A stretch of DNA of 62,937 nt, counting the filler, from Vannella sp. (taxonomy: Eukaryota), in assembly GCA_023345925.1 (NCBI GenBank). It is 6 parts of 6 records of this genome, joined end to end, with 100 filler letters (N's around TTAATTAATTAA, not from the genome) between each part and the next. Parts side by side here need not be neighbours in the genome. Positions count along the whole stretch, not along the records: positions 1 to 10,087 come from JAJQQN010001122.1; positions 10,188 to 18,891 come from JAJQQN010000040.1; 4 more parts are not named here. One strand, given 5' to 3'. The position numbers and the translations under genes are program-made. How positions within the stretch are numbered: the stretch's first letter is position 1; the number at the start of each line of letters is the position of its first letter. The notes under the pieces are model-generated. The model was not told where the DNA came from, made no database searches, and saw nothing but the letters and a program-made list of their open reading frames with translations. Shown piece by piece: positions 1 to 12,033 of this stretch.

Positions 1-64
1 GAAAGAAGCGAATGACCACCACTATGAGTCAAATCATCATTATACATCGATTTGAAGTGAAATA

Positions 65-117
65 AAAAAGTGGGTATTTTAGCAAATCGGACCCAAAAAG
101 TGGGTATTTTGGCAAAT
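65..117. repeat. Short direct repeat upstream of the glucoamylase (AAAAAGTGGGTATTTT(A/G)GCAAAT x2)
   Basis: Two ~23-nt copies at ~65-87 and ~95-117 with one mismatch. Confidence 0.7.
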
Positions 118-239
118 GTCTCTAAATTGAAATTATCGGGATTTGCCGAATCGGAGGCCAGGATTGCGGAAAGTTCCGTGAATGTAGAATCGGCTGCCGA
201 AACTTTTCGTTTTGTGAGCATTCCCTCTCCTTTCCTTTC

Positions 240-1832
240 ATGATGCAACGAATCGTGGCCTTGGCCGTGCTCGTTGCGTTAGTGTGTGGACAAGACGCGT
301 GTGGAGTGAAGAACAGTACAAGGATTGATTGCGGCTTTTCTGGTATCAACCAACAAGGTTGTAACCAGAAAGGATGTTGCTGGGTGCCTGATGGACAGGG
401 CTCTTCTACTCCTTGGTGCTTCTATGGTCTTAACTACACCACAACGCCTCCTCCTTTCCCTCCTCCAGCTCATGCTGGTTCGCCCTTCACCTCTGCGCAG
501 GTCAGCACGATGTTCTCTTACTTCCTTGCCAACCTTAACATCCAAGGACTCGGTGGCGTTGTTGCCAGTCCTGATACAACCACTCCTGGAGGCTCTTACT
601 ACTACCACTGGGAGCGTGATGGAGCTCTGTCCATGCACGCCCTCCAAATCGTGTCCAACTTCACCTTCTTCAACCCTTACATGCAATCCTACGTGCAGTG
701 GGTACTCAAGGTCCAGAACGAGGCTGACCCTAACGGCATTGACGTGCGCACGGAGCCCAAGTACAACTTACCCAACGGCGACGTCTTCACTGGTGGTTGG
801 TGCCGTCCCCAGACGGATGGACCTGGCCTGCGCGCCATTGCTCTCATCGACTATGCCAACTCGTTGATGAAGAATGGTCAGAGCAACTACATCAAGCAGT
901 ACTTGTGGACGAGCAACCCCAACGTCTACAATGGCGGAGCCATCAAGCACGACTTGGACTGGATTGTGAGCAACTGGCAGCAGAACGGCTGTGACCTCTG
1001 GGAGGAAGTACAAAGCACTGACTTCTTCTGGAACCGATTCACGATGAAGCATTCTCTCTACTTGGGGTCTCAATTGGCCGCCAAGTTGGGTGATTCTGCC
1101 ACTGCTCAGTCCTACAACAACGTTGCCAATGCTATCAATCAGACCCTCATCAAGCATTGGAACGGAGAGTACATTTATGAGTCCACCAACCGCCCTGAGG
1201 ACTCTGCTGTGATCTTGGCCTTCAACAATGGATACTCGAATGATGGATTCCTTGGCCCCACTGACCCTCGAGTGACTGCCACCATCAACACATTGAACTT
1301 TGTGTTCTACTTTGCCTATCCCATCAATCTTCAGGACTCTGCCAACGGCGTTCCCGGCATTATGTACGGCCGCTATCCCGGAGACACTTATGCTGGTGGC
1401 AATCCTTGGATCCTTAGCACTGCTTCTCTTGCTCAGCTGTTCTACCGAGGAGCTGGAGGTATCATCACTGGAAACGCCATTCCCGCCAAGGAAAGTCACA
1501 AAGACTGGGAGGATATCTTCTCTTTGGTACTCAATCAAACTCACCCGGCTCATGTGTTGAAGACTTATACTCCTCTGGAGTTTGCCCGTCTGGTCACGTC
1601 AGCTGGTGATGCCGTTCTGGATCGCCTTTATGTTCATGTGCAAGCTGGGAACTTCCACTTGGCAGAGCAAATCGACAAGAACACTGGAGAAGAAGTCTCT
1701 GCCACAGACCTCACTTGGAGTTATGCCACCGTCCTCAAGGCGATGCATTATCGAAACGTTGCCAGTGCCAGTACTTTGAAGATGGCTCCTGAACTCTCTG
1801 CCGACGCTTTCTACGAGCAAGTTGCTTGGTAA
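240..1832 (+). CDS. Secreted glucoamylase (GH15) with N-terminal trefoil/P-type domain
   Basis: Signal peptide; trefoil Cys pattern (RIDCG..CNQKGCCW...PWCFY); Pro/Thr linker; GH15 motifs YYYHWERDGA, WCRPQTDGPGLRA, DLWEE, GRYPGDTYAGGNPW, LAEQ, DLTWSYA. Intronless. Confidence 0.93.
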   Translation: MMQRIVALAVLVALVCGQDACGVKNSTRIDCGFSGINQQGCNQKGCCWVPDGQGSSTPWCFYGLNYTTTPPPFPPPAHAGSPFTSAQVSTMFSYFLANLNIQGLGGVVASPDTTTPGGSYYYHWERDGALSMHALQIVSNFTFFNPYMQSYVQWVLKVQNEADPNGIDVRTEPKYNLPNGDVFTGGWCRPQTDGPGLRAIALIDYANSLMKNGQSNYIKQYLWTSNPNVYNGGAIKHDLDWIVSNWQQNGCDLWEEVQSTDFFWNRFTMKHSLYLGSQLAAKLGDSATAQSYNNVANAINQTLIKHWNGEYIYESTNRPEDSAVILAFNNGYSNDGFLGPTDPRVTATINTLNFVFYFAYPINLQDSANGVPGIMYGRYPGDTYAGGNPWILSTASLAQLFYRGAGGIITGNAIPAKESHKDWEDIFSLVLNQTHPAHVLKTYTPLEFARLVTSAGDAVLDRLYVHVQAGNFHLAEQIDKNTGEEVSATDLTWSYATVLKAMHYRNVASASTLKMAPELSADAFYEQVAW

Positions 1833-2219
1833 TCTTCATGAACTGATTCTCCATGCAATAAATCCTTCTCTTACTGTGGCTTTGCATCCTCTGGAAGCGT
1901 TCGGGATTTAAGTGCCATCACGGCCTGCCTCAGTTGACAGTTCTCCTCCACTCAAATGATGCTTCGAGCGTTCATTCATTGGCGGTGAACCAGGTAGATG
2001 ATGCCATTGCCGTAACTTCTGGAGGTCTTGGTGCTCGCTGTGACTTTGGTCAAGCAACTGATGATTCTGGACACCGATTGTGCCCATGTTTCCTTGATGG
2101 AGGATGGTTAATGGATTCGTTCAGATGCCATCACCATTAGAGTCTCTGGCTGACGCTGTGGAGTCAAGAGGCTCGATGCGGCCAGTCTGACCAGTTCCAA
2201 AGCACCTGAAAGATGCAGC

Positions 2220-4276
2220 TCATGTGCAGACAGCTTTGTGAATTGGCCAATGGGCAATTTGACAATCTTGGTGACAGTAGCAAACTTGTCGGCAGCGTCC
2301 ACAACGCATCAGTTTGCGACCGACAGCATGATCCTCTTTCGTTAATTCCTGCCTACATTGGATACAAAGCATTCGGAGTAGAATAGCTTTGCATGTTTCC
2401 ATCTCAGTCTTTTGGTTTTCACTCAAGAATGATGATTTCAAGAGAGCTTTGTCCAAAAGGACTAAAGCAATCTCTCTGTAGTGAGGCTTCGAATGGCAAA
2501 CCATCCAATATCGGACCCATCCTCGAGCGAGCCAATAAATGGCTCGAGATTCATCGCTCAGATCTGTTTGATTGGGCGCCTCTTCCAATGTCTCCCTCAG
2601 AGCGTAGCGCTCTTGAATGGCAGAGAGAGCTGCGCGCCCATAGGATTCGAATTGACGATTTGAAAGGATCTTTGGGTTTTCGTCAAAACTGGAGGAGGAA
2701 TGTACCTGCATCATTGCAAGAGACTGTTCCACACGTCGAGAGAGATCCAATATTGCCATTTTGGCATCCTCCACCCTGAATTTCTCCCCAGCAAAGCGGA
2801 GAAGTCTCGCGCGAACAATCGAAGTGCAATGGAGGGTTGGCATTAATGTGACCCCTTGAGTGGGCAGGAGCTCAGTAAAGTCCTCAGTGGTGTAGAAGTA
2901 CTTTTCAAAAATCACTTCCCAAAAGCAGTTGGCTGGTGCGTTGTGAGCACCAGGAAAGCCCCTGATGACTGCTTGATTTCTCTTCTCCCAGAGTTGAAGG
3001 AGCTCTGTGAAGTGGCTCTCAATGAGACCTTCAGGCAAAAGGTAAGAGCAACATTCTGATTCATGAGAGAGAGCTTCCACAAGATTGATCATAACGTTGC
3101 AAGTAGCGGCAACTTCTCCTGCATCTCGGTCCTCAGCCTTTTTCTTTCGCATCTGGTCATGAAGACCCTGGGCAGATCCCATCAGTACAGTCAAGACAAA
3201 GGGGTGAATGAAGTGGAGATGGTTCAAGATCTGCTGGCGGATTAGAAGCCGTTGCATCGTTGGCTCTCGAGGATGTTGCTCAGGTCGTAACAAAACCAAT
3301 AAAAAGACGCCCACATGCCTAGCAGTCACAAGAGCCCTACCACCATATTGGTACCACTCCATTTGCCCCCTTTCACACAAATAAGCCACAATTTCGTCCA
3401 AGTCATCTAGATCCAGGAAGAACTGGACAAGCTCAGAAGGATCTCCTTCAGCTCAAGTCACTCATTTGTACTCAGAAGGAATGAGTTGGATACTAACCTG
3501 CTCTCATCAGGGCCATGGCGAGGAAATAATTAACTGTGGCTGCGCGTGTTTCTTCCGCAAGGCTATTGCTGAAAGTACACACATGATAGAAGCTCACAAG
3601 CTTTCTTGTAGAGGCTAGAGGCCGCTGTAGAGCTGCCTTAGGTCCGTCTGTCAACTCAGATTGAATCTCTTTCACCTTTCCCTCTGGTTACGCAGGTTCG
3701 AGTGAGGATAGCGTTACATACAGTTGGACAGCATCTTTGGAGGACAAGCCGGATGGTAGAGGGTTGGCAGAGGGGTGAACAGGCGGAAAGCCCGCACTTA
3801 AGAGCAAGTACGCTAATAACTCGAATGACATTCCCTCTCACGGTGACGTAGGGAGCATAAAGGAGGCTTTTCAGAGACTCGATGAGCCTTGGCATCTTTA
3901 ACAAGGTAGGGCGGGCCTGCGCACCTGAAGGGGAGATGAGAAAGTTGGTAGGGAGGTTGGATTGGAAGATCTCACTGGCTAAGAGATTGTACAGTGCATC
4001 GAGCGCTCTGTAAAGAGCTATAGGGGTGGCCTTCTCTTCTTCAATGATGTCCAAAAGAGCGGCAAAGAGGACGCCATCCAGTTTCAAGGGAACTCCCGAT
4101 CCCAAACCAGACAGCACTGTTTGGATGATTAGTGAACTCAGATCTGCTGCCCACCTCTCCTGCAGCAATACGGGATGCTCTTTCATAGCTGCCAGTGACT
4201 TCCTGATTCCCTCCTCAGCCCTCTCCTCAGGAAGACAGCGGAGACATGTCAGGCACGTCGGCCACGGACAGCTCAT
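2220..4276 (-). CDS. MYND zinc-finger protein with helical (ARM-like) N-terminus, multi-exon
   Basis: C-terminal CGRCRQVCYCHQDCQIAHWPIHKAVC is zf-MYND. Upstream ORFs 3656-4279 and 3493-3675 are co-oriented and probably joined by short introns; exon boundaries approximate. Confidence 0.75.
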
Positions 4277-4343
4277 CAAAAAATGAATTAATTGATAAAA
4301 TATTCACCAACCTTCCCTCTGGATCGCTCATTAACAGGCGACA

Positions 4344-4364
4344 CTAAACCCTAAACCCTAAACC
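4344..4364. promoter_or_regulatory. Telo-box-like (CCCTAAA)n motif in a divergent promoter region
   Basis: CTAAACCCTAAACCCTAAACC between the divergent MYND and GCN5 genes. Confidence 0.5.
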
Positions 4365-4637
4365 AATTCCTCCTTTGCTCTTGAAGGGAATCTTGAGACA
4401 AACAAGCCTCGAGAATGTCCGTAACGTATCATGTAGTGATGTAGCAAACAGCCTCAACATGCCATCCCAACCTTCCCTCCTCCGCGTCGAAAGTCCTCAG
4501 CTTTCGCCTCGTTTGCCCTTTTCCTCCTCACGGAGATCGTGTTTGCAAGGTTCAGTCAACCACAACTACAACTTAGCCTTTAGACCAAGCTTGGAGAACC
4601 TCCATAGCTCTGGAGACCCTTCGTGGAAGACATTTTC

Positions 4638-6955
4638 ATGAGCTCCGCCCCAAACCGCGAGCAGGCGGAGCGCTTGCAAAGCATCCTCCGGATTGCCGCC
4701 ATGTTTGGTTGTGACGAGGACAACTGCAAGTGCGTGGGGTGGCGGAAGAAGACAACCACGGGAGACCCGTCCTATTCGTGTAACTCTTGCGGTCATCCTC
4801 TTACCAGGCACGGGAACACCCTTCAGCTCTCCCCTGACGCGCTGAGTACCCTTGCACAACACGCCAACCAGATTGAGTACGCCTTTAGTCAGGCTAATCA
4901 GGCCTCAGATCCAGCCCACAAGCGAACCCACATAGAACGGGCGTCTCGCCTTCGACTGTGAGTAGTTGGCTTTCTGAAGGAGTTTGGGGTGTCTTGTAAG
5001 ACTCACATTTGATACCAACACGTAGGGAGCTTCGTAAAATGCACCAAACGTACCTAGAAGCAACGATTGATCCCCAACGGCCGCGGGCATTGCCCTCCTC
5101 ACCTCCCTTTGAGTCTCCTTGCTTCGCAAAGATTATTAAGAACTTTGTCATCTTCAAGTATGAGGGTAGGTATGCTGAAGCGAAGAAGAGGGCCATCGAC
5201 AAGATCCATTACACTCTCATGTCCTGTGCAAACAAGCTTTTGCTGCCAAAGATCGGCGAGCGGAGCACCAAGATCTTAGATGATTCTTCTTATGAAGTCT
5301 TCTACCCATTGTGGGAGCAGTACTGCCTCCCTGGTCTGCGAGAAGACAAGAATAAGGTTGTGGAGAAAGGAAGAGGACCCATTCAGACTTGCAATGCCTT
5401 TGGAAGGCACTTCTTCCGTGCTTTCCTACCTATCTTGAAGACTACTATGCTGTCACAGTATCAACTGACCCGGGAGATGGAGAATATTGCTCCAACATTC
5501 TTCCATGACCTCACAGAAGAGCTCTGGGACAGCCACAGTATCGTTTGTATGGATGGATTTGATGAGGCCATGACTCATTCCCACTGCATCCAAGAGCAAC
5601 TGAACGTGGAGGCAGCTGAAAAGGAGGAAAGTTCCTCCTATCGACCATCCTTTATGCCTCTGAAGCGTAAGAGCGATGCTTTACGTGAGATAGGACCTCT
5701 TGCAGAGGCCCATTACGCAAAGTATCGGGCGGGAGAATTGGATCCTTCGGCAGAACCAGCAATTCCTGTCCCTATGCCAGTGAAACAGACCCCAAAACCT
5801 GATCTAATGGTCACTGATGAATCTTCAGAGGATCCTTTGAACGATAACCCCATCGAGGCACGTGATAAGCAGGCCAAGATGGAGGAGTTACAGGGGGTTC
5901 TTACCAGTGTTGTCATCAACAATGACGACACTCCAGAAATGATGATTCTCCTTATTACAATCCGGAATGTGTTCGTTGAGATGCTCCCAAACATGCCAAA
6001 GGAGTATATTACTCGATTGGTTCTCGACAAGAACCATCGTTCCCTTCTTCTCATCAAACACAACGTTGTGGTTGGTGGTGTTTGCTTCCGCCCTTGGAAG
6101 CAAGGTTTCATTGAGATTGCCTTCCTGGCCATTAAGGGCGTGCACCAAGTCAAAGGCTACGGGACTCACTTGATGAACCATTTGAAGTCGAAAATGCAAG
6201 AGGAAAAGTATCTTTTCTTTGTGACTTACGCAGATAACTTTGCTATTCCGTACTTCAAGAAACAAGGCTTCTCTGAGTTTGTTACTATGGACAGAGACTG
6301 GTGGGCGGGTTATATCAAAGACTACGAAGACAGTACACTGATGGAATGTCACATTCACCCCACATTTGAGTATCCCAAGGTCCCTGAGATTATCAGAAAG
6401 CAACGCGCGGTATGTTCTCCTTGACTTAGCATGGATTCGGCTCGCTGATAGGGAGAATAGGCCATTCACCAGAAGGTGCGAGAGAATGTCAATTCGCACG
6501 TTCGGCGAGTAGGAATCAAAGATCTAGAAGGGAGACGGGTGACCCTCAAACACATTCCCGGGGTCAAAGAGTGCCGTGATTACCAAGCAGTACAGAGAGA
6601 TTTTCCGACAAAAGAGAGGATTGAAGTGCTTCACACTCTTTTTCAAGACATGGTGACCGCTTTGCTGAAGATGGAAGACATCATCTGGCCTTTTGAACAG
6701 CCTGTGTCTGAAGAAGAGGTGCCAGACTATCGAGATGTCGTCAAGGACCCAGTAGACTTGTCTCTGATTCAAAAGAGGCTGGATAGTAAGTGTTACTACA
6801 TCACTGAGCATATCTTCTTTGCAGATATCCGCCGAATGCTAGAAAACTGCAAACTATACAACAATGCCAGCACTCTCTATTACCAACATGCTGAATCAGT
6901 GGAGAAGGCCTTGTGCGAGCGGGGATGGGAAAAATATTTCCCCAAGAAGAAGTAA
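4638..6955 (+). CDS. GCN5: GCN5/PCAF-family histone acetyltransferase (PCAF_N-like Zn domain, GNAT, bromodomain); at least 2 introns
   Basis: LPNMPKEYITRLV, GGVCFRP, EIAFLAI, QVKGYGTHLMNHLK, TYADNFAIPYFKKQGF; bromodomain WPFEQPV..VPDY..PVDL...NCKLYN; N-terminal CDEDNCKCVGW...CNSCGH. Introns at ~4958-5025 and ~6411-6452. Start may lie further upstream. Confidence 0.93.
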
Positions 6956-6991
6956 CTCAACTCCCTAACAGCCCTCTTAGTAAAGGACTAT

Positions 6992-8011
6992 TTAGAACGC
7001 CACATCCTCTTGAGTGCAGGGAAGATCTGGGCTCTGAAGGGCCGCAAGAAGATTTTGGTAGTTTTGGTCAGTGGTCTCCACAGCTCTTCGGGAGAAAGCC
7101 CCAAGTCCCGCACTGGAACTCCAGATGCGGAGAGACCATTCGGAGATGTTGATTGGAAGTCTTCCCAGACCAGTCTTTGCATCTCCAGCTGTGGGATAGT
7201 TAATTGTAACAGAAGATTTGAACTTGGTCACTCCATCCGAAAGCAATCCGTTATGTTCTAGTTCGTACCACCATCCAGAGAACATTGTATCAAGAGACAG
7301 CTTTTTTGAATAAGACGCAGGAGAGATTGCTGTCTTAAGCCTCCCAAAGATCTTAGTTAGATCCTCACAAGTCTGAAGGCGTGATTTGAAAGGAACTGCC
7401 ATTCTTGACTCCACTGAATACTTGATTTTGCAGGGATGAACGTCCCACTCAAACTTGGTGGTGGAGGCTTGTTTGTAAGGAGGGAATATCGTCCAATCCT
7501 TATCTACAATCTGTTGGGGGCTCTCATCAGGAGCAGCTCTTGACTTGATATCAAGTGTTGAAGTGTTTGCTCGGTGCCCGAAGAAGTAATCTCTTCCTCG
7601 AGGATTGTAGCTCTTCCCGCACACAGCAGTGTCTAGAAGGTATTGAAACCGAACGGTCTCTTCTCCCATGCTCATAAGGGAGATCTGAGGAAGGTGTAAA
7701 GCGTCTCCTATGATCTTCAGTACGGCTGGCAACGTCTCGTTCCTCCTCCCTCTCAACAATGTTCGGTTCAAGGTCACCTGGTACTCTCTTGTGAGGATCA
7801 TTCCTTGATCCAAGGCTTTGCTATCCACATCACTAAGAAGGAGGAAGTCCACCTTCTTCTTCTTCGGCATGGCCACTCCCTCCTTGTCCATTCTCTTCAT
7901 TCCCAGGAAATAGAAGTTCATGCAGACCACAATCACAGACGCGACTGCAATCGCGACGAACACCCTCCGAAGTCTCATGCTAAGAAAAACTGCGGCCAAA
8001 CTCTCCTCCAA
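6992..8011 (-). CDS. Uncharacterised type II membrane protein (paralog of the 8142-9314 gene)
   Basis: 339-aa ORF with an N-terminal TM anchor; shares DIKS, VxPC, TCxDL and EWSLR motifs with its neighbour. Confidence 0.75.
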   Translation of the reverse strand: MEESLAAVFLSMRLRRVFVAIAVASVIVVCMNFYFLGMKRMDKEGVAMPKKKKVDFLLLSDVDSKALDQGMILTREYQVTLNRTLLRGRRNETLPAVLKIIGDALHLPQISLMSMGEETVRFQYLLDTAVCGKSYNPRGRDYFFGHRANTSTLDIKSRAAPDESPQQIVDKDWTIFPPYKQASTTKFEWDVHPCKIKYSVESRMAVPFKSRLQTCEDLTKIFGRLKTAISPASYSKKLSLDTMFSGWWYELEHNGLLSDGVTKFKSSVTINYPTAGDAKTGLGRLPINISEWSLRIWSSSAGLGAFSRRAVETTDQNYQNLLAALQSPDLPCTQEDVAF

Positions 8012-8141
8012 TCAACTGTAACATGGTTACACTGTATTTCCGTCTTTTGATTGGTTACGGAGATAAGATGCCTGCCTTTGATTGGTTCAAGTAACTCGAT
8101 TTCAGAGAACAATCTGGCAAAAAAGATGATGTCAGCCCAAC

Positions 8142-9314
8142 TTGATTAATTTGCCTTTTGACGTCAAGCGAGCATTTTTTATTATGACCGAGTTGACGGT
8201 GTTCTCTCCTCTATCGACGGAGGAGGAGATTGAGATTGAGGAGGTTCTGGATGCTGGGAACGTCAAGGAAGAGCTCGTATCATTCCATGAAGAGAAGAGT
8301 CGCAAGAAACTTCCATTCTTGACAGCAGATAGGCGTCGGCTGATTGTCATCGTCGCGGTGGTGATCGTTCTGGGCCTTATTCTTGTTTCTTTGGTCAGTG
8401 CAGGCTCCCTTAGTGTCCTTGCATGGAGTAAGAGCTATAAGCCTCACGTACCAGACTTCTTTGAAGAGTCTGACGTGCTCCAGACGGTCGATTACTTCAT
8501 CGCCCTCAACCCCAAGCGCGATTGGGCTCTCCGGGAGTACATGGTGGATCGCTGGCTCAACTCTATCAACGAATACAGCAATCTACTCAATCTGACACGC
8601 GTCAGTGGACAAGAGAACATCTACGGCCAACTCCACTTCCAGACGGATCGCTGCGGGACATCCGACGAGCTCTCCACGCGCCTACGACAGAGTTTACAGT
8701 CTGAGACGTTCATTGACATCAAGAGTAGTGGAGGGAGTAAGAAGTCCTCGTGCTCAAGCCCTGACTGGCCTGCAGAACAGTTCTACAACGTCTCCCGACA
8801 GAGATGCGGGGAGGAGGTTCGTCCTTGCTCTGACAAGTTCGTCCGCACCACTGTTGTGGAGTTTGCTCAAGGGAAAGAGTTTAAAACTTGTCAGGATCTC
8901 CAAGAGGTCTTCCCTGAGGCGTTCCACACCGTTAATGAGGAAAACCAAAACAAGTCTCTCAAAACGTCCCCTGAAACGTACTGGTGGAGGCTCCATTGGC
9001 ATGGAATAGTGGGAAAACAAATGCACTATGAAGTCACTTTTGAGCTGGAGTACGTCAACGTCCCACTGGACTGTATAATGGCGGATGGTTGCCCGATGTA
9101 CCAGGGCGAATGGTCACTTCGTTTCTACACAGAGGGTGACGAAAAGTGGGAGATGGATGTGGTGGCCGATCTCCAAGCCACCTTTTATCGACTGGTTCTT
9201 GAGTATGATGTCGGGCAAGATCACAGGAAATGTGCCAAAAAGTACTTTGCAGACAATGCACTTGGCGTTGGTGAGTTTGGTGTTCAAATGAGCGAGCACA
9301 AATCCAGACTCTAA
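8142..9314 (+). CDS. Uncharacterised type II membrane protein (likely ATG ~8184)
   Basis: 390-aa ORF with a single TM (LIVIVAVVIVLGLILVSLV); motifs FIDIKS, VRPC, TCQDL, GEWSLRF. Confidence 0.78.
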   Translation: MINLPFDVKRAFFIMTELTVFSPLSTEEEIEIEEVLDAGNVKEELVSFHEEKSRKKLPFLTADRRRLIVIVAVVIVLGLILVSLVSAGSLSVLAWSKSYKPHVPDFFEESDVLQTVDYFIALNPKRDWALREYMVDRWLNSINEYSNLLNLTRVSGQENIYGQLHFQTDRCGTSDELSTRLRQSLQSETFIDIKSSGGSKKSSCSSPDWPAEQFYNVSRQRCGEEVRPCSDKFVRTTVVEFAQGKEFKTCQDLQEVFPEAFHTVNEENQNKSLKTSPETYWWRLHWHGIVGKQMHYEVTFELEYVNVPLDCIMADGCPMYQGEWSLRFYTEGDEKWEMDVVADLQATFYRLVLEYDVGQDHRKCAKKYFADNALGVGEFGVQMSEHKSRL

Positions 9315-9638
9315 TGAGACTACATTGTTAAACCGGTCTTTCCCAAAACTTGCCAAAGCCTCCCAATCGCAGTGTGGCAGTAGTTGCAGGACTACAGGGT
9401 ATCGGCTAAGCCCTCAGTACACAGAAAGGGACATCTTATGAGAGCAGAGCATTGTCCAACAGTGCCGAGCTAAATCACTCAACAAAAGGGCCAGTTTCTG
9501 TTCTGCGGAAGGGCCTATAGGTGGATTGGAGTGTTTCGTACTTAGATCTGTTTAATGGAACAGTAGGAAGAAGGAGTCACATACACCTTACAGGATTCGA
9601 TGGGCACTGACGAGTGAGTCTAGTGAGTCGAGCAGTCC

Positions 9639-9674
9639 AAGAAGAAGAAGAAGAAGAAGAAGAAGAAGAAGAAG
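9639..9674. repeat. (AAG)n microsatellite
   Basis: About 12 uninterrupted AAG units. Confidence 0.9.
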
Positions 9675-9816
9675 ACGGGAGAAGGAAAGTCAGTTTCGAG
9701 GCGTCAAGAAGGCGGGTTTAAAGATGATTTACTCAGAAAGAAGAGAAAACAACAAGAAACAGAGTCCGTTCTCCGAGTGAGAAGCAACGCTGATCCTTCT
9801 CATGATCAAAGGGGAT

Positions 9817-10087
9817 CTACAAAGCGACCAGGGCCTTGCCGGTGTTGTCTCCTTGGAGCATGCGGATGAAAGTCTCGGCAATCACCTCGACGTTGCCGTT
9901 GGCGGGGGACTCAGAGATGCGATTGTAGATCTTGCCTTCAGCAGCCCACTTGATCATCTCCTGAGCAGCAGCTGGCCAGTCAGCAAGCATGTCCGTAACA
10001 ATGAAGCCTTGAAGGCGGAGGGACTTGGTGATGATCAACCACTCGACGCGAGGGCCAGTCAGCACCTCCGTGGCGTTGTAAGTAGAG
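9817..10087 (-). CDS. NADP-dependent oxidoreductase (prostaglandin reductase/MDR family), 3' fragment cut by contig end
   Basis: KSLRLQGFIV...MIKWAAEGKI...FIRMLQGDNTGKALV is typical of the PTGR/LTB4DH C-terminus. Confidence 0.8.
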
Positions 10088-10187
10088 NNNNNNNNNNNNN
10101 NNNNNNNNNNNNNNNNNNNNNNNNNNNNNNNTTAATTAATTAANNNNNNNNNNNNNNNNNNNNNNNNNNNNNNNNNNNNNNNNNNNN
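10088..10187. other. Artificial contig linker (N-TTAATTAATTAA-N)
   Basis: 100-nt N run with a central all-frame stop linker; identical at five places. Confidence 0.97.
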
Positions 10188-12033
10188 TCGTCTTGTTTGG
10201 AGTACTTCTCCGCATATGCGCCACTCACGAGGCGGGATGTTGGTATGTACTGTCCATACACCTTTGTGAGAGCATCACTGATCTCTCCCACTGTGCAGCG
10301 CACCCGTGCGGCTTCAATGGCTAGACCCAGCAAGTTGCTTCCTTCAGCGCCTTGCTCCTTCGCTGCAGCTTCTCCAATAGCAGCGAGTGCCTTAGCAACC
10401 TTCTCAGAGTCACGAGTAGCGCGAATCTGAGCTAAACGGTTGACTTGGCTGGTGCGGACGGCTTCGTTCTCGATGGTGAAGATCGGGATCTGGGTCTCCT
10501 CAGGGGACTTGAACTTGTTGACACCGACAATCACTTCAGCTTGGGAGTCGATGTCTGCTTGGCGCTTGGCAGCAGACTCTTCAATGCGGAGTTTCGGCAT
10601 TCCTGTGTCTACAGCCTTGGCCATGCCTCCCTTCTCATCCACTTCACGGATGAGCTTCTCAGCTGCTTCTTCCAGCTGTGCAGTGATCGCCTCCATGGCG
10701 TACGAGCCAGCCCAGGGGTCGATGATCTTAGGAATGCCGGTTTCGTACTGGAGGATCAGCTGTGTGTTACGAGCGATACGTGCTGAATGGTCTGTTGGTA
10801 GGCCAATAGCTTCGTCAAGAGCATTCGTGTGGAGGGATTGCGTGCCTCCCAACACAGCGGCCATGGCTTCCACAGTCGTTCGAACGACGTTGTTGTAAGG
10901 ATCCTGCTCGGTGAGAGACCAGCCAGACGTCTGACAATGAGTGCGAAGCAACAGAGACTTCTCGTTCTTGGGTTGGAAGCGCTCCTTGACCAAGCGAGCC
11001 CACAATCGGCGGGCGGCTCGGAGCTTGGCGATCTCCAAGTAGAAGTTCATTCCAATGCCAAAGAAGAAGGAGAAGCGAGGAGCAAGTTGGTCCACAGAGA
11101 TGCCGTTGCGCATACCGCACTTGATGTACTCAAGGCCGTCGGCAATGGTGAATCCGAGTTCAAGGACGGGGTCCGCGCCTGCTTCCTGCATGTGGTAGCC
11201 ACTGATGGAGATGGAGTTGTACAGGGGCATATGGTTAGAGGTGTACGACATAATGTCTCCAACAATGCGCATGGAAGGCTCTGGAGGGTAGATGAAGGTG
11301 TTGCGGACCATAAACTCCTTCAGGATGTCATTTTGAACGGTTCCACGGAGTTGATCTTGAGTAGCTCCTTGCTCCTCCGCAGCAACCACGTACATGGCAA
11401 GTACAGGAAGCACAGCACCGTTCATTGTCATCGAAACGGACACATCTTTGAGTGGAATGTCCTGGAAGAGGATCTTCATATCCTCCACAGAGTCAATGGC
11501 AACACCAGCCATTCCAACATCTCCAGAGACACGCGGATGGTCAGAATCGTAGCCACGGTGAGTGGCCAGGTCGAATGCAACGGACAAACCAGTTTGCCCC
11601 GCCTTCAAGTTCTTCTTGTAGAAGGCGTTCGACTCCTCAGCAGTACTAAAACCTGCATATTGACGAAGAGTCCACGTTTTGTGGGTGTACATGGAGGCGT
11701 AAGGGCCACGCGTGTAGGGGAAACTACCCGCGGTCTCTTTGTCTTCGTTCTCTTTCACGTGGTCCGGAACATCCTTGCGCATGTAGAGGGGTCTGAAGGT
11801 CAATCCCTACACCGTTCTATCCGTGAGATCAGGTTGATGAGAGAGAGGTCACGTACCGCGGAGTTCCAGCTGAGGGTGGCATGAGGGTCCAACCCTTTCA
11901 ACTCTTTCGTCGCTCGCTTGTACCAATCTTGTGGGTACGATTCTGCTCCACCAGTGTTCATCCGAGAACAGGGGCTCCACATTGCCGCGACAGCTGATCT
12001 GGCCAGTCGCTCGGTTGCTTGCACCCGCAGCAT
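10188..12033 (-). CDS. MMUT: Methylmalonyl-CoA mutase, mitochondrial; 3' end (B12-binding domain) lost at contig end
   Basis: [76 protein letters not shown]; transit-peptide exon at ~11854-12033 and one short intron. Confidence 0.96.
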
